From IMG/VR virus record IMGVR_UViG_3300035704_000396, positions 6,651 through 70,650 of that record: a stretch of 64,000 nt of DNA. One strand, given 5' to 3'. A program made the position numbers and the translations under genes. The stretch's first letter is position 1. Every line of letters starts with the position of its first letter. Positions 56,172 through 64,000 of this stretch are shown here, piece after piece. The DNA comes from a virus. The notes under the pieces were generated by a model. The model saw only the letters and a list, made by a program, of their open reading frames with translations. It ran no database searches and was not told where the DNA came from.

Positions 56172-56426
56172 GTGACCACCCCGCTGCCCCCTGGCCGGCT
56201 GTTCGTGTGCCCGGCCTGCGACAGCCCTTCCAGCAACCCGGATGACGCCGCCGACGGCTTCTGCGGCCACTGCCACTGGCAGACCGGCGACCGGGTGCAG
56301 GCGTCGCTACGGCCCGACCTGTTCGAGGCGCACGGCCGCCGCCCACCCGACACCGAGGCGGCCCGGCTGCTCGCCGCGCAGCTGCCCCACCAGCACACCC
56401 GCGGGGAGCACGACGAGCATGGGTAG
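56172..56426 (+). CDS. zinc-ribbon protein
   Basis: FVCPAC...FCGHCH. Confidence 0.65.
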   Translation: MTTPLPPGRLFVCPACDSPSSNPDDAADGFCGHCHWQTGDRVQASLRPDLFEAHGRRPPDTEAARLLAAQLPHQHTRGEHDEHG

Positions 56427-56604
56427 CTGCCACCGGTGCGACCAGCCGATGCCCGACGAGCAGCAACTGGGCGAGCACCTGCGGCTGGCGCACCCCGACC
56501 TCGTCGACGACGGGTTCGCCACCTGGCCCGACGGCGACCTGGTCGTCGTCGACCTGGATCCGACGCCCGCCGAGTTCACCGACCCACCGCAGGGGCCGTC
56601 GTGA
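56419..56604 (+). CDS. small C2H2 zinc-finger-like protein
   Basis: CHRC...HLRLAH; GGGGAG RBS. Confidence 0.65.
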   Translation: MGSCHRCDQPMPDEQQLGEHLRLAHPDLVDDGFATWPDGDLVVVDLDPTPAEFTDPPQGPS

Positions 56605-56888
56605 GGCCGCCGGTCACCGTGGAGGTGTTGCTGGAGGTGCTGCGTTCTGCGCTGCGCCATCCCGACGTGTGCCCGGCGACGCCCTGCCGCGGTCACGTCG
56701 CAACGTCCAACTGGCGCCACCACTTCACCCCGGTGGTGGTGTTCGACGTCGCCTATGCCGTGCGCGCCGAAGGGCTCGCGGAGGGCTGCTGGGAACTGCT
56801 CGGCCAGGTCGAATACCTGCTGTCGCGGCTGTTGGCCCGCCACGACCAGCGGCGCGCGGCCCGGCTGGCCGCCCTATGGGCCCGCTGA
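56601..56888 (+). CDS. hypothetical protein
   Basis: GTGA coupling. Confidence 0.55.
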   Translation: MRPPVTVEVLLEVLRSALRHPDVCPATPCRGHVATSNWRHHFTPVVVFDVAYAVRAEGLAEGCWELLGQVEYLLSRLLARHDQRRAARLAALWAR

Positions 56889-57106
56889 CCTGGCCGCGCG
56901 CCGGCTGTTAGCCTGGCCGCTCCCTCGAGTTCGCCCGGCCGACGACGGCCGATGCTCAGGTCCGCCGGCGGCGTCCCCGGGGGCAGGTCGGTCCGGGTGG
57001 TCTGCGCATCAACCTGGGAAGCTGTGTGGCCCGTGTTCGGTGGTGACAAACGGAGGCCACCGGGCTGACCTTCCCCTGGCCGCGCCGATCTTGTCGACCA
57101 GCCGGG

Positions 57107-57709
57107 GTGACGGTGCCCGCTTACAGTGTCGCCGTGCCCACCACCGCGCCGGCCGAGCTGCTCGCCGAACTGCCGCCGCAGACCCGCCGCTGCCTGGATG
57201 TGGCCGCCAACGTCGAACGGATGCTGCACGCCAAGTTCGGCTGGTACGTGCAGGGCGTGCTGCTCGTGTTCAGCCAGCACCAGAAAGGCGGACCGGTGCA
57301 CGGCGAGATCCTGCCGCTGACACTGGACCCCAACAGTCGGCAACTGGTCGACCTGCTGCGCGCCACCGTCGACCGTCGCCCGGTCCGCCCGGATGAGGGC
57401 GTCGCCATCGGTGGCTGTGTCATCGCCAGCGGCCTGGACCTGTCCGCCGGGGTGAGCATCCCGACCGGCCTGTCCCGCGCCGAACTGGCCGCCGAACACG
57501 ACCGGCTCACCGCCAGCGGCCAGGCCCGCATGTTCAACGCCGTCATCGGCGCGCTGCGCTCGGGGTGGCGGTGGCGGCTCTACCGCTACCGGTCGATCAC
57601 CCGGGCCCGACCGGCCAGCGTCCAGTGGTTTCCGCCCGGCGCGCCACAGCCACCCAACTCGTTGGCCATGGCGTTGGACGAGGTGCTGGACACGCTGGAC
57701 GTGCCCTAG
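57107..57709 (+). CDS. hypothetical protein
   Basis: Protein-like 200-aa ORF. Confidence 0.6.
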   Translation: MTVPAYSVAVPTTAPAELLAELPPQTRRCLDVAANVERMLHAKFGWYVQGVLLVFSQHQKGGPVHGEILPLTLDPNSRQLVDLLRATVDRRPVRPDEGVAIGGCVIASGLDLSAGVSIPTGLSRAELAAEHDRLTASGQARMFNAVIGALRSGWRWRLYRYRSITRARPASVQWFPPGAPQPPNSLAMALDEVLDTLDVP

Positions 57710-57984
57710 CGTCGAGGCTGGCGGGTGCGTCGAGAATCGACGGTGCGGCGTCGAATTTCGACGCCTGTGCCGGCGGCGGTCGGGCCGGGCCGGCGCGGCC
57801 GATCGTGTGTCCGGCCACCGCAGACCCCTCTCATGCTGCGGGGACGGGGGCACGCGCCATCGATGGCGCGGTGCGCTGCGGCGTGAGATCCTCGATCTTC
57901 GCCAGGTCGCTGGCGGCCTTCGGGCCGCGGCCCGCCCACCACGTCGACTTGGCAGACAGCGGGGGGCGGGTCGCGGACCCCGGG

Positions 57985-58230
57985 TCACGTCCGGGTGGCG
58001 CGGCGCCGGCTGATCGCCTCCCGTGCTGCCGACCGGCGGTTGTCGAACGCCAGGTCGGGGACGTCCGGGTGGACGTAGAACCACTCGCCGACCGCCTGGC
58101 GTTGCCGGTGGCCCAGCCGGTGCGACGCGGCCCGGTCGGCCCGCTGCTGGCTGGTGTAGCGCTGGAACCGGCGTTCGACGCGCCGCATCTGGGCGGCCAA
58201 CTCGGGATCGTCCGGGGTCCGGTCAGGCAC
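57985..58230 (-). CDS. small basic hypothetical protein
   Basis: GEWFYVHPDVPDLAF motif. Confidence 0.6.
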   Translation of the reverse strand: MPDRTPDDPELAAQMRRVERRFQRYTSQQRADRAASHRLGHRQRQAVGEWFYVHPDVPDLAFDNRRSAAREAISRRRATRT

Positions 58231-58275
58231 TGGTGAACGCCACCTTGACCACCCGCGGATCGGTGGTCACCGCCA

Positions 58276-58521
58276 TCACTGCGCGGTGGTGGCGGCGGGG
58301 GGCTGGATGTCGGCGGCGATGACCTGCTCGGCGGTGACGTCTTCGACCAGCGCCGAGCAGAACCCTGGGGTGTCGTCGGCGGTGATGCCCAACTTGGAGC
58401 CGATGCCGTTGACGGTGCCGGTCAACTGCCGGTGTCCGTGGACGAACGTCACGCGCAACGATTCGTCGCGGTCCATGCCGCGGAACGCGGCGCGCAGCAG
58501 TGCAAGCGGGTAGTAGGCCAT
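58276..58521 (-). CDS. hypothetical protein
   Basis: AGGAG RBS; downstream of a promoter-like element. Confidence 0.65.
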   Translation of the reverse strand: MAYYPLALLRAAFRGMDRDESLRVTFVHGHRQLTGTVNGIGSKLGITADDTPGFCSALVEDVTAEQVIAADIQPPAATTAQ

Positions 58522-58673
58522 GTCCGTGCGTCTCCTGTGGTGGTGGGGTCGTGTTGCGGTACAACATGATCAGTCTATCCACAGTGGACCTGCAGGACCA
58601 GCGGGTTGGGCGTTCAGGGCGCGCACGGTTGCCGTGGAACGGGTCACACGGGGGCGGCTGGTCGGCGCCAGTG

Positions 58674-59021
58674 TCAGAATCGGCGGCCGCGCACCGGCAC
58701 GGTGCGGGAACCGACCAGCCAGAGCCGCGACTTGGGCACGCTGTTGTAGATCCGGATTTCCTCGATCCGGTTGCCGAAGAACTCCCGGACGTGCACCTCG
58801 TCGGTCGGGTCGAGGCTGACCTGCCAGCAGTCCCACTCCTGGCCCCGCTCGCCGAACACGCGGGCCGACAGCGACCACGCCAGACTGGGGGAGGACGACG
58901 TGCACACGTAGCCCATCCGGAACGTGTGCGCCACCGGCCGCGCGTTGAGCAGCAGGCCGCGCCGCTGGATCCGCGTGCGCCGGTCTGCGGGCGACCAGTG
59001 AAACAGCGGGTGCAGGATCAC
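58674..59021 (-). CDS. putative ADP-ribosyltransferase-fold small protein
   Basis: LFHWSP..R..I.RRGL, YVCTSSSP and EEIRI: H-S-E-like spacing. Confidence 0.45.
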   Translation of the reverse strand: MILHPLFHWSPADRRTRIQRRGLLLNARPVAHTFRMGYVCTSSSPSLAWSLSARVFGERGQEWDCWQVSLDPTDEVHVREFFGNRIEEIRIYNSVPKSRLWLVGSRTVPVRGRRF

Positions 59022-59341
59022 CCGATCCCGCCCAGCGCCTGGTTGATCGTCGCGTGCAGCTCGTCGCGCCGGGTCGAGCCGCCGATGCCCAGGTAGTTGG
59101 CGTCCAGCTCCAACACGTCTTCCACCACCGAGGGACGCGCGCCGAGGACGACGGTCACCACCAGGTGGCGGCGCAGCAGCCCGCGCAGCAGGTCTCGCCA
59201 CCCGATCCGCACCGTGTGCCGGACGAACGGGTCGTCGATCGGCTGTTGGAAGGCGATCGTCCGGTCGTCCAGCTGGGTGGTCACGTGGTAGGACGGGCCG
59301 GTTTCGCGGCTGTCGTAGGTCGGGTGGATCGAGGTGCGCAC
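59018..59341 (-). CDS. hypothetical protein
   Basis: AGGAG RBS; coupled. Confidence 0.65.
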   Translation of the reverse strand: MRTSIHPTYDSRETGPSYHVTTQLDDRTIAFQQPIDDPFVRHTVRIGWRDLLRGLLRRHLVVTVVLGARPSVVEDVLELDANYLGIGGSTRRDELHATINQALGGIG

Positions 59342-59390
59342 CGCAGCGTTCTCCTATCACCGGGCGGCCACGGCCGGCGGCCGATGCGCT

Positions 59391-60170
59391 TCACCGGTCG
59401 TTGTCGCGTTGTGTCCGCCAGAACGCTTCCCCGGCCGGCCGTCCAGGTGGCCGGCCGGCGCTGGCCAGGTCGGCGAACGCGGCCCGGCCGTCAGGGCCAA
59501 CGGCCCATGCCTCGTGTTCGGCGGGCGAGGCGTCGAAGTCGCCGGCGATGACACGCTGCGCTGTCGCCTCGTGCCCGGCCTGCCGCAGGTCGGCGACCAG
59601 TTGCGTCTCGGGCAGGGCCAGCGGGGACAGGAAGTCGTGGTAGTGGCCGCGACGTGCCAGCTTGATCATGTCCCGCAGGGCGGGGTCGTCCAGTGCCTCC
59701 AATGCGCGGGCCAGCTTCTCGGTGGTGTGCAGTTCGTCGCCGGGTTCGGGTGGGAAGCCCTTGCAGTCGGCTTCCCACCGGGGGCCGCGGCGGCGCCACC
59801 GGCACAGCCCGGCGGCGCGGATCTCGTCTTCGGTCCACACCTTGCCGTCCGGGCGGGTGGCACCCGGATAGGCCGTGGCACCCTCGTCGCTCAACGCGAT
59901 CAAGCCGCCGCAGTTCTGGCACTGGGCCCCGGTGAGCAGCCGGGTCGCCAGGGCTTCCATCGCCTCCACCGGGCCGGCCTGGTGTTCGACGGTTATCGCG
60001 CCGTCCTGGAAGGTGGCCTTGGCCCACCAGTCGGCCAGGTGGACGGGGACGTTCTCGTGCAGGAAGCCGTAGTCCAGTTCCCGCGCCCCGGTCCGGCCCA
60101 CCAGGTCGGCCGCGGCGCGGACCGCCTCGTCGTCGATCAGGCCGTCGACCAGGCCGTCGTTTCCGCTCAC
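59391..60170 (-). CDS. hypothetical protein with zinc-ribbon and GHYHDF domain
   Basis: CQNCG, GHYHDFLSPL and VIAGDFD motifs; GGAGG RBS. Confidence 0.7.
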   Translation of the reverse strand: MSGNDGLVDGLIDDEAVRAAADLVGRTGARELDYGFLHENVPVHLADWWAKATFQDGAITVEHQAGPVEAMEALATRLLTGAQCQNCGGLIALSDEGATAYPGATRPDGKVWTEDEIRAAGLCRWRRRGPRWEADCKGFPPEPGDELHTTEKLARALEALDDPALRDMIKLARRGHYHDFLSPLALPETQLVADLRQAGHEATAQRVIAGDFDASPAEHEAWAVGPDGRAAFADLASAGRPPGRPAGEAFWRTQRDNDR

Positions 60171-60490
60171 CGGGCCTCCTCATCATCGGTGCCCGCGTCC
60201 GTGGATCGGTCCGGCGGCGTCTCGGTGTGGTCCTCGACCAGGTCGGCGCGCACGTTCATCTCGCCGGCCAGGTGCCGGGCCTGCGTGCTGTCCAGGAACA
60301 GCGGGAACCGGGTGCTGCTCTGCTCGTCGAAGATCCACACCTTGATGTTGCCGTCGCCGGCGGCGCTCTGTTCGACGATCAGCGTGCGGCTGGCTGGCCG
60401 GTCGAACAGGCCGCGCCGGACCGGCCGGCACGAGGTGTAGGTGACGCCGGGCCGCACCGTGGGTGGCCGCTTCTGGTCGGGGGCGCTCAT
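60167..60490 (-). CDS. hypothetical protein
   Basis: Coupled at both ends. Confidence 0.6.
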   Translation of the reverse strand: MSAPDQKRPPTVRPGVTYTSCRPVRRGLFDRPASRTLIVEQSAAGDGNIKVWIFDEQSSTRFPLFLDSTQARHLAGEMNVRADLVEDHTETPPDRSTDAGTDDEEAR

Positions 60491-60783
60491 CGCTGGCCAT
60501 GTTCGGTCGTGGCGGGTTGCTCGTTCGGCTTGCGCAACACGTTGGGTTGCTCCGTGGTGAGCCGGTCGTTCAACCACCGCAACACGCGCAGCAACTCGTC
60601 GGACCGTAGGCAGCGCAGGGCCGCGTAGGCCGTGTTCATCGCCGCCAGCTCCGCCGCGGCCGAGTCGCCGCCCGCGTCATCGGCCGTAATGGACGCCCAG
60701 GCACCGGCAGACCCGTCGTCGTCCGGGGGATACCGGTCGGGCGCCGAGGTTCTGCCCGGGGTGTCGCGGCGATCCTGGGCCAC
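60487..60783 (-). CDS. hypothetical protein
   Basis: AAGGAG RBS; RVLRWLNDRL motif. Confidence 0.65.
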   Translation of the reverse strand: MAQDRRDTPGRTSAPDRYPPDDDGSAGAWASITADDAGGDSAAAELAAMNTAYAALRCLRSDELLRVLRWLNDRLTTEQPNVLRKPNEQPATTEHGQR

Positions 60784-61005
60784 GCCCGCTCCTTTCGCTG
60801 GGGTGCGCGCTTGGCACCGCAGCGTACGGCGCGCTCACCGGCCACGAACGGGTGACAGCCCGCGCTCCCGGGATCACTGGGCCTGCGGCAGCGGCCGGCC
60901 GGGTACCGGTTTCCAGCCGTCGCCGTGCAGCACCCGGTAGTGCTGCTCCCACACCCCAGTAACAGCACGGCAGCAGGTACGCCATCGTGGAGTCGGCCTT
61001 GCCGG

Positions 61006-61392
61006 TCACTCCCCCACCGGCTTCATCTCGTCAGTCGTGACCTCGAACATCGACCGGACGGTGCCCACAGTCGGCTGGCCGAGATACGGCGGGACGTACT
61101 CGATCCCATCAACGTGGAAGACGTTGGTCACAACGTACTTCCGCATCCCGTACTCGTCCTCACCGAGTTCGTAGAACGTCATCTCGTCGACCTCGCGGCC
61201 TCGGAATGCCGTCGCGGCCGGATCAACCTTCACCGGCCGCGGCAGCCGCCTCACCGCGGGCATCAGCCGACCATCCCGAGCAGGTGGCCATTCGCTTTCA
61301 ACAACCAGGTGGGAGTCGCCGTCGGTGAACGTCACACCTTGAACGTCGCACGTCAGGCGGTTGGAACGTGGTATCCGGTTCATTCCGCGCAT
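61006..61392 (-). CDS. hypothetical protein, lower GC
   Basis: Protein-like; start at 61392 or 61383. Confidence 0.55.
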   Translation of the reverse strand: MRGMNRIPRSNRLTCDVQGVTFTDGDSHLVVESEWPPARDGRLMPAVRRLPRPVKVDPAATAFRGREVDEMTFYELGEDEYGMRKYVVTNVFHVDGIEYVPPYLGQPTVGTVRSMFEVTTDEMKPVGE

Positions 61393-61659
61393 CAGGCATC
61401 CGCCTTGTTCATCACCAGCACGATCGAGCGGATGAACTGCGCCAGATGCTCGCGCTCGGCGCACATTTCTGTCCATTCCCTGCGAGGTGGGTGGGGTTTT
61501 TGTTGGTAACAACATAATCGTATACTGAATGGACGCTATGGGCCATTAAAAGGGGGCTTGCCGCGCTATTTGTTTTGTGGTGCCACTCACACGTTTACGC
61601 AGGTCAGAGCGCCGCTCATTCGCGCAGCCGGGGGGCAGGCCGTCACCTGCGGGCCGCGT

Positions 61660-62022
61660 TCATCGCTGGTCTCGGTGTAGAAGCGCTGCATGATGCGAGC
61701 CAACCTGTCCGCGGTCACGCCCGGCAGGTTCAGGCTCGTCCTGATCGGGTCGTCGGCCAGCTGCGGGGCCCGCGCCGGCAGGTGCGCCACGATGGCCGCC
61801 ACCTGCTCCACGGACAGCGGCTCGCAACAGGTCGATCACCGGCCCAGGCTCCCCGGGGTGGCGCACACGACGTCCTGCACCCGCTGGTCGCGGCCATCCA
61901 GTTCCAGGATGCCGACGGCCCGCGCGGCCGCCGGATCGGCGAGCAGCCGGCGCAGGTCGACGGTCAGCTCAGCGGGTGGGCGGCGCGCCGTGCAGGTATC
62001 CGAATGTCAGCAACTCGACCAT
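61660..62022 (-). pseudogene. RapZ C-terminal-domain-like gene, frameshifted
   Basis: MVELLTFGYLHGAPP / AELTVDLRRLLADP...LDGRD..V..VV.ATPG / VIDLL...GGGHR spread over different frames. Confidence 0.6.
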
Positions 62023-62023
62023 G

Positions 62024-62053
62024 TTTCGATCATCGGTTCACCGATGATCGAAA
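62024..62053. promoter_or_regulatory. perfect 14-bp inverted repeat
   Basis: TTTCGATCATCGGT-tc-ACCGATGATCGAAA abutting the RapZ-like ATG. Confidence 0.55.
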
Positions 62054-62110
62054 GACCGGTGTTGGCTGTGTCCGGTCGGTGCTGGAAACAGGCAAACACC
62101 GGGCCTTGGT

Positions 62111-62908
62111 CTACCGGTTCGGCGTGGCCGTGCGCCGCCCGTCGTGCCGCGGATGCAGCCGCAGCCGCTCGTCGTGCCAGGCTTCGGCCTCCACCAGGCA
62201 GCTCACGCAGCTGCGATGCCAGGCCGTGCAGGCCGGGTGTTTCGTGCCGCGCCACCGTGCGGCCGCCGACCACCCCATCGAGTCGACGTCGTCGAACAGG
62301 TCCACCGCATCGTCTTTCACCCCGTAGCCGTGCAGCCTGCCGGTGGTGCGTTGCCGCAGCGCCGCCACCACGGCGCCGATGTCGGCGGTGTGTTCGCGCC
62401 GGCACATCGACCCCACCGCGATCACCGGCTGACCGGCCAGGTCGACACCCAGCCGGGCGAACTCGTCCCAGCACCACAGGTAGTCGGCGGCATCCCAGCC
62501 TTGCAGGACCGGCCGGAACGGTGAGGGCTCCTTTGGCGCCAGCCGCTCCCACCACTGGGTGAGCTCGACGTAGGACCGGGCGGACAGGCGGCCGTGTTCG
62601 CGGGGTGTGGCGCCGGTCGCGGCCAGCGCCTCGGCCTCGCACGGATAGTCCTGCGGCGCGGCCCACACCAACTGGCCGACGCGGCGGGCGTAGCGGCGCA
62701 CGGCCAGCGCATAGGTTTGCGGGTCGTCGGGGAACCGGCCGTGCCGGGTGATCACGTCATAAGCCCCCGAGTCGAGCAGCCACGGCGTGTACGCCACCGG
62801 CAGGGCCTGCATGCTGCGCAGCCGCCGAAGCCGGTTGTGCGACACCATCAGCGGCCGGCGGCTGACGGCCAGCCAGGACGGCTCCGGAGCGCCCAGCCAG
62901 AACGTCAC
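62111..62908 (-). CDS. TGT/DpdA-like (queuine tRNA-ribosyltransferase-like) protein
   Basis: WLLDSGAY, WAAPQDYPCE, PVLQGW, VGSMCRR, LHGYGVK and DSMGWS motifs. Confidence 0.82.
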   Translation of the reverse strand: MTFWLGAPEPSWLAVSRRPLMVSHNRLRRLRSMQALPVAYTPWLLDSGAYDVITRHGRFPDDPQTYALAVRRYARRVGQLVWAAPQDYPCEAEALAATGATPREHGRLSARSYVELTQWWERLAPKEPSPFRPVLQGWDAADYLWCWDEFARLGVDLAGQPVIAVGSMCRREHTADIGAVVAALRQRTTGRLHGYGVKDDAVDLFDDVDSMGWSAAARWRGTKHPACTAWHRSCVSCLVEAEAWHDERLRLHPRHDGRRTATPNR

Positions 62909-63225
62909 GCCCTCACGTCCGTGACGTCGGGCAGCACGCACGACACGACGGCCGGGTCGGCGAGCTGCGTGAACCGGTCGCCGCGCAACTCGTCCACCGT
63001 GACCTGGCCTATCGGGCCGGCCAGCACCGCAGGCTGGTCGGCGGCCGCCCACACCCGGCGGTCGGCGTGCCAGGACCACTCGCCGCGGTCGACGTCGACG
63101 GTGAACGCCACGCCCTCGACCACGGCGACGATCACGAACCACCGCACACTGCGGTAGGCCGCGGTGTGGACGTGGCGGCCCTCATCCCATAGCTGGCCGC
63201 GTCCCGGCGTTTCCCAACCCCCCAT
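62905..63225 (-). CDS. hypothetical protein
   Basis: GTGA-coupled to the TGT-like gene; start uncertain. Confidence 0.5.
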   Translation of the reverse strand: MGGWETPGRGQLWDEGRHVHTAAYRSVRWFVIVAVVEGVAFTVDVDRGEWSWHADRRVWAAADQPAVLAGPIGQVTVDELRGDRFTQLADPAVVSCVLPDVTDVRA

Positions 63226-63467
63226 TCCAGTCCCCTTTGTTCCGGGCAGGGTCCGACCGGTCGAATACGCGTGCGCATATTCGACCGGCTGACCGTGCGT
63301 CAGTGTTGGCGCAGGTCACAGCCACGGATGCGGACGTGTGACAGGCGCACGTCACCCATTGCCTCATTCGGTTGGGGTGACGTTCCTATTCTATCCGACA
63401 AACATTCGGAGTGGCATGGAATCGGTCTGGTTATCGCTTTCAGCTCGCCGGCGGCACGGCCCAGCGG

Positions 63468-63794
63468 TTATGCGGCGGAGAGCGGGAGCGGCGCCAGCCG
63501 ACTGTGGAATTGTTGGCAGGGGCAGGGCAGCCATTCACGCCGGTAGCCGATGCCCTGTTTGTGGACCGAACGTTCCACCTGGTCGTGGCACTCGCCGTAC
63601 CGGACACTGCCGTCAGCATCGGCCAGTTCCTTGTGCGAGGTGATCGGGTGTCCGCACCGGCAGTTGTCGTCGGCCGGATCGGTGCCCAGCCGCCGGGCCT
63701 GGCCGAACACGCTGGCCCGGCCGGCAGCGAACAGGCCACCACCGCTCAGCAACCCCACGGTGAAGATGGCCACGTCGAGGCCGACAGGATTCAC
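63468..63794 (-). CDS. membrane-anchored Cys/His protein
   Basis: N-terminal TM; CRCGH..H, C and CPC motifs. Confidence 0.65.
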   Translation of the reverse strand: MNPVGLDVAIFTVGLLSGGGLFAAGRASVFGQARRLGTDPADDNCRCGHPITSHKELADADGSVRYGECHDQVERSVHKQGIGYRREWLPCPCQQFHSRLAPLPLSAA

Positions 63795-64000
63795 CGGCGC
63801 TCACCACCAGCGGTGCGGGTGCGGGTGTTGCGCTCAACCCAGACCTGGCCGCGGATGCCGCCGCAGGAGCACCGGTAGATGAACAGGCCCTGATCGAAAC
63901 CCACCGTGTGGGCGCGGCAGCGGTGGTCGCTGGGCGGCGGCTCGGTCTGGTACCACCAGCTGCCGTCGCGGGGCACCGCGACCGCCGTGGTGCCGGCCAG
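63791..64000 (-). CDS. hypothetical protein, start possibly beyond the window
   Basis: WWY..PP...H.C..HT.G, RCSCGG and WVERN motifs; GTGA-coupled. Confidence 0.55.
   Translation of the reverse strand: MAGTTAVAVPRDGSWWYQTEPPPSDHRCRAHTVGFDQGLFIYRCSCGGIRGQVWVERNTRTRTAGGERR

Noticed and set aside
57710-57985. Palindromes (GGCGTCGAATTTCGACGCC, CGCCATCGATGGCG) between convergent genes
   Set aside because: Compatible with ordinary terminators; no recurrence or recognisable RNA family
2331-58547. TGGTGGTGGG as a Chi-like or KOPS-like DNA motif
   Set aside because: Orientation follows gene direction and position tracks start codons, rather than being dispersed with replichore polarity
63226-63467. 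Lower-GC intergenic stretch with a CGTCACCC/GGGTGACG stem, considered as tRNA or ncRNA
   Set aside because: No cloverleaf or T-loop signature; likely a promoter region
1-64000. Integrase, transposase, relaxase, terminase, reverse transcriptase
   Set aside because: No diagnostic motifs recognised in any ORF; integration state and topology cannot be determined from this window

Overview
High-GC actinomycete extrachromosomal-type element, most consistent with part of a conjugative plasmid carrying phage genes (phage-plasmid-like). No integrase, rRNA, tRNA or CRISPR array was seen. Layout from left to right: (1) 1-12.7 kb, minus strand: virion-gene operon of the two-capsid-protein (hexamer/pentamer) actinophage type. 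It has a MuF-like head fusion, major capsid, second capsid protein, major tail, head-tail adaptor, tail terminator, three membrane proteins and a papain-like peptidase. It lacks terminase, a full portal, tail chaperones and tape measure within the window. (2) parAB with three upstream palindromes, then an XRE/DUF5753 module. (3) 17.8-28.6 kb, plus strand: transfer region with WhiB, Spd-like membrane proteins, TraB (FtsK/SpoIIIE), an SLT transglycosylase and degenerate TraB fragments. (4) A second XRE + DUF397 module, and an HTH replication initiator with internal iterons and a structured leader. (5) 34-64 kb, mostly minus strand: accessory region with an adenine MTase, HNH nuclease, SF1 helicase, DUF2786, a TopoVI-A/Toprim-like protein, an ART-like protein, a TGT/DpdA-like protein and many small ORFs. 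The most striking unexplained signals are a decamer CCCACCACCA upstream of about 17 genes, catalytically degenerate TraB copies, and the portal-less capsid operon. Family names come from motif recognition by eye, not database searches, and coordinates were counted by hand.
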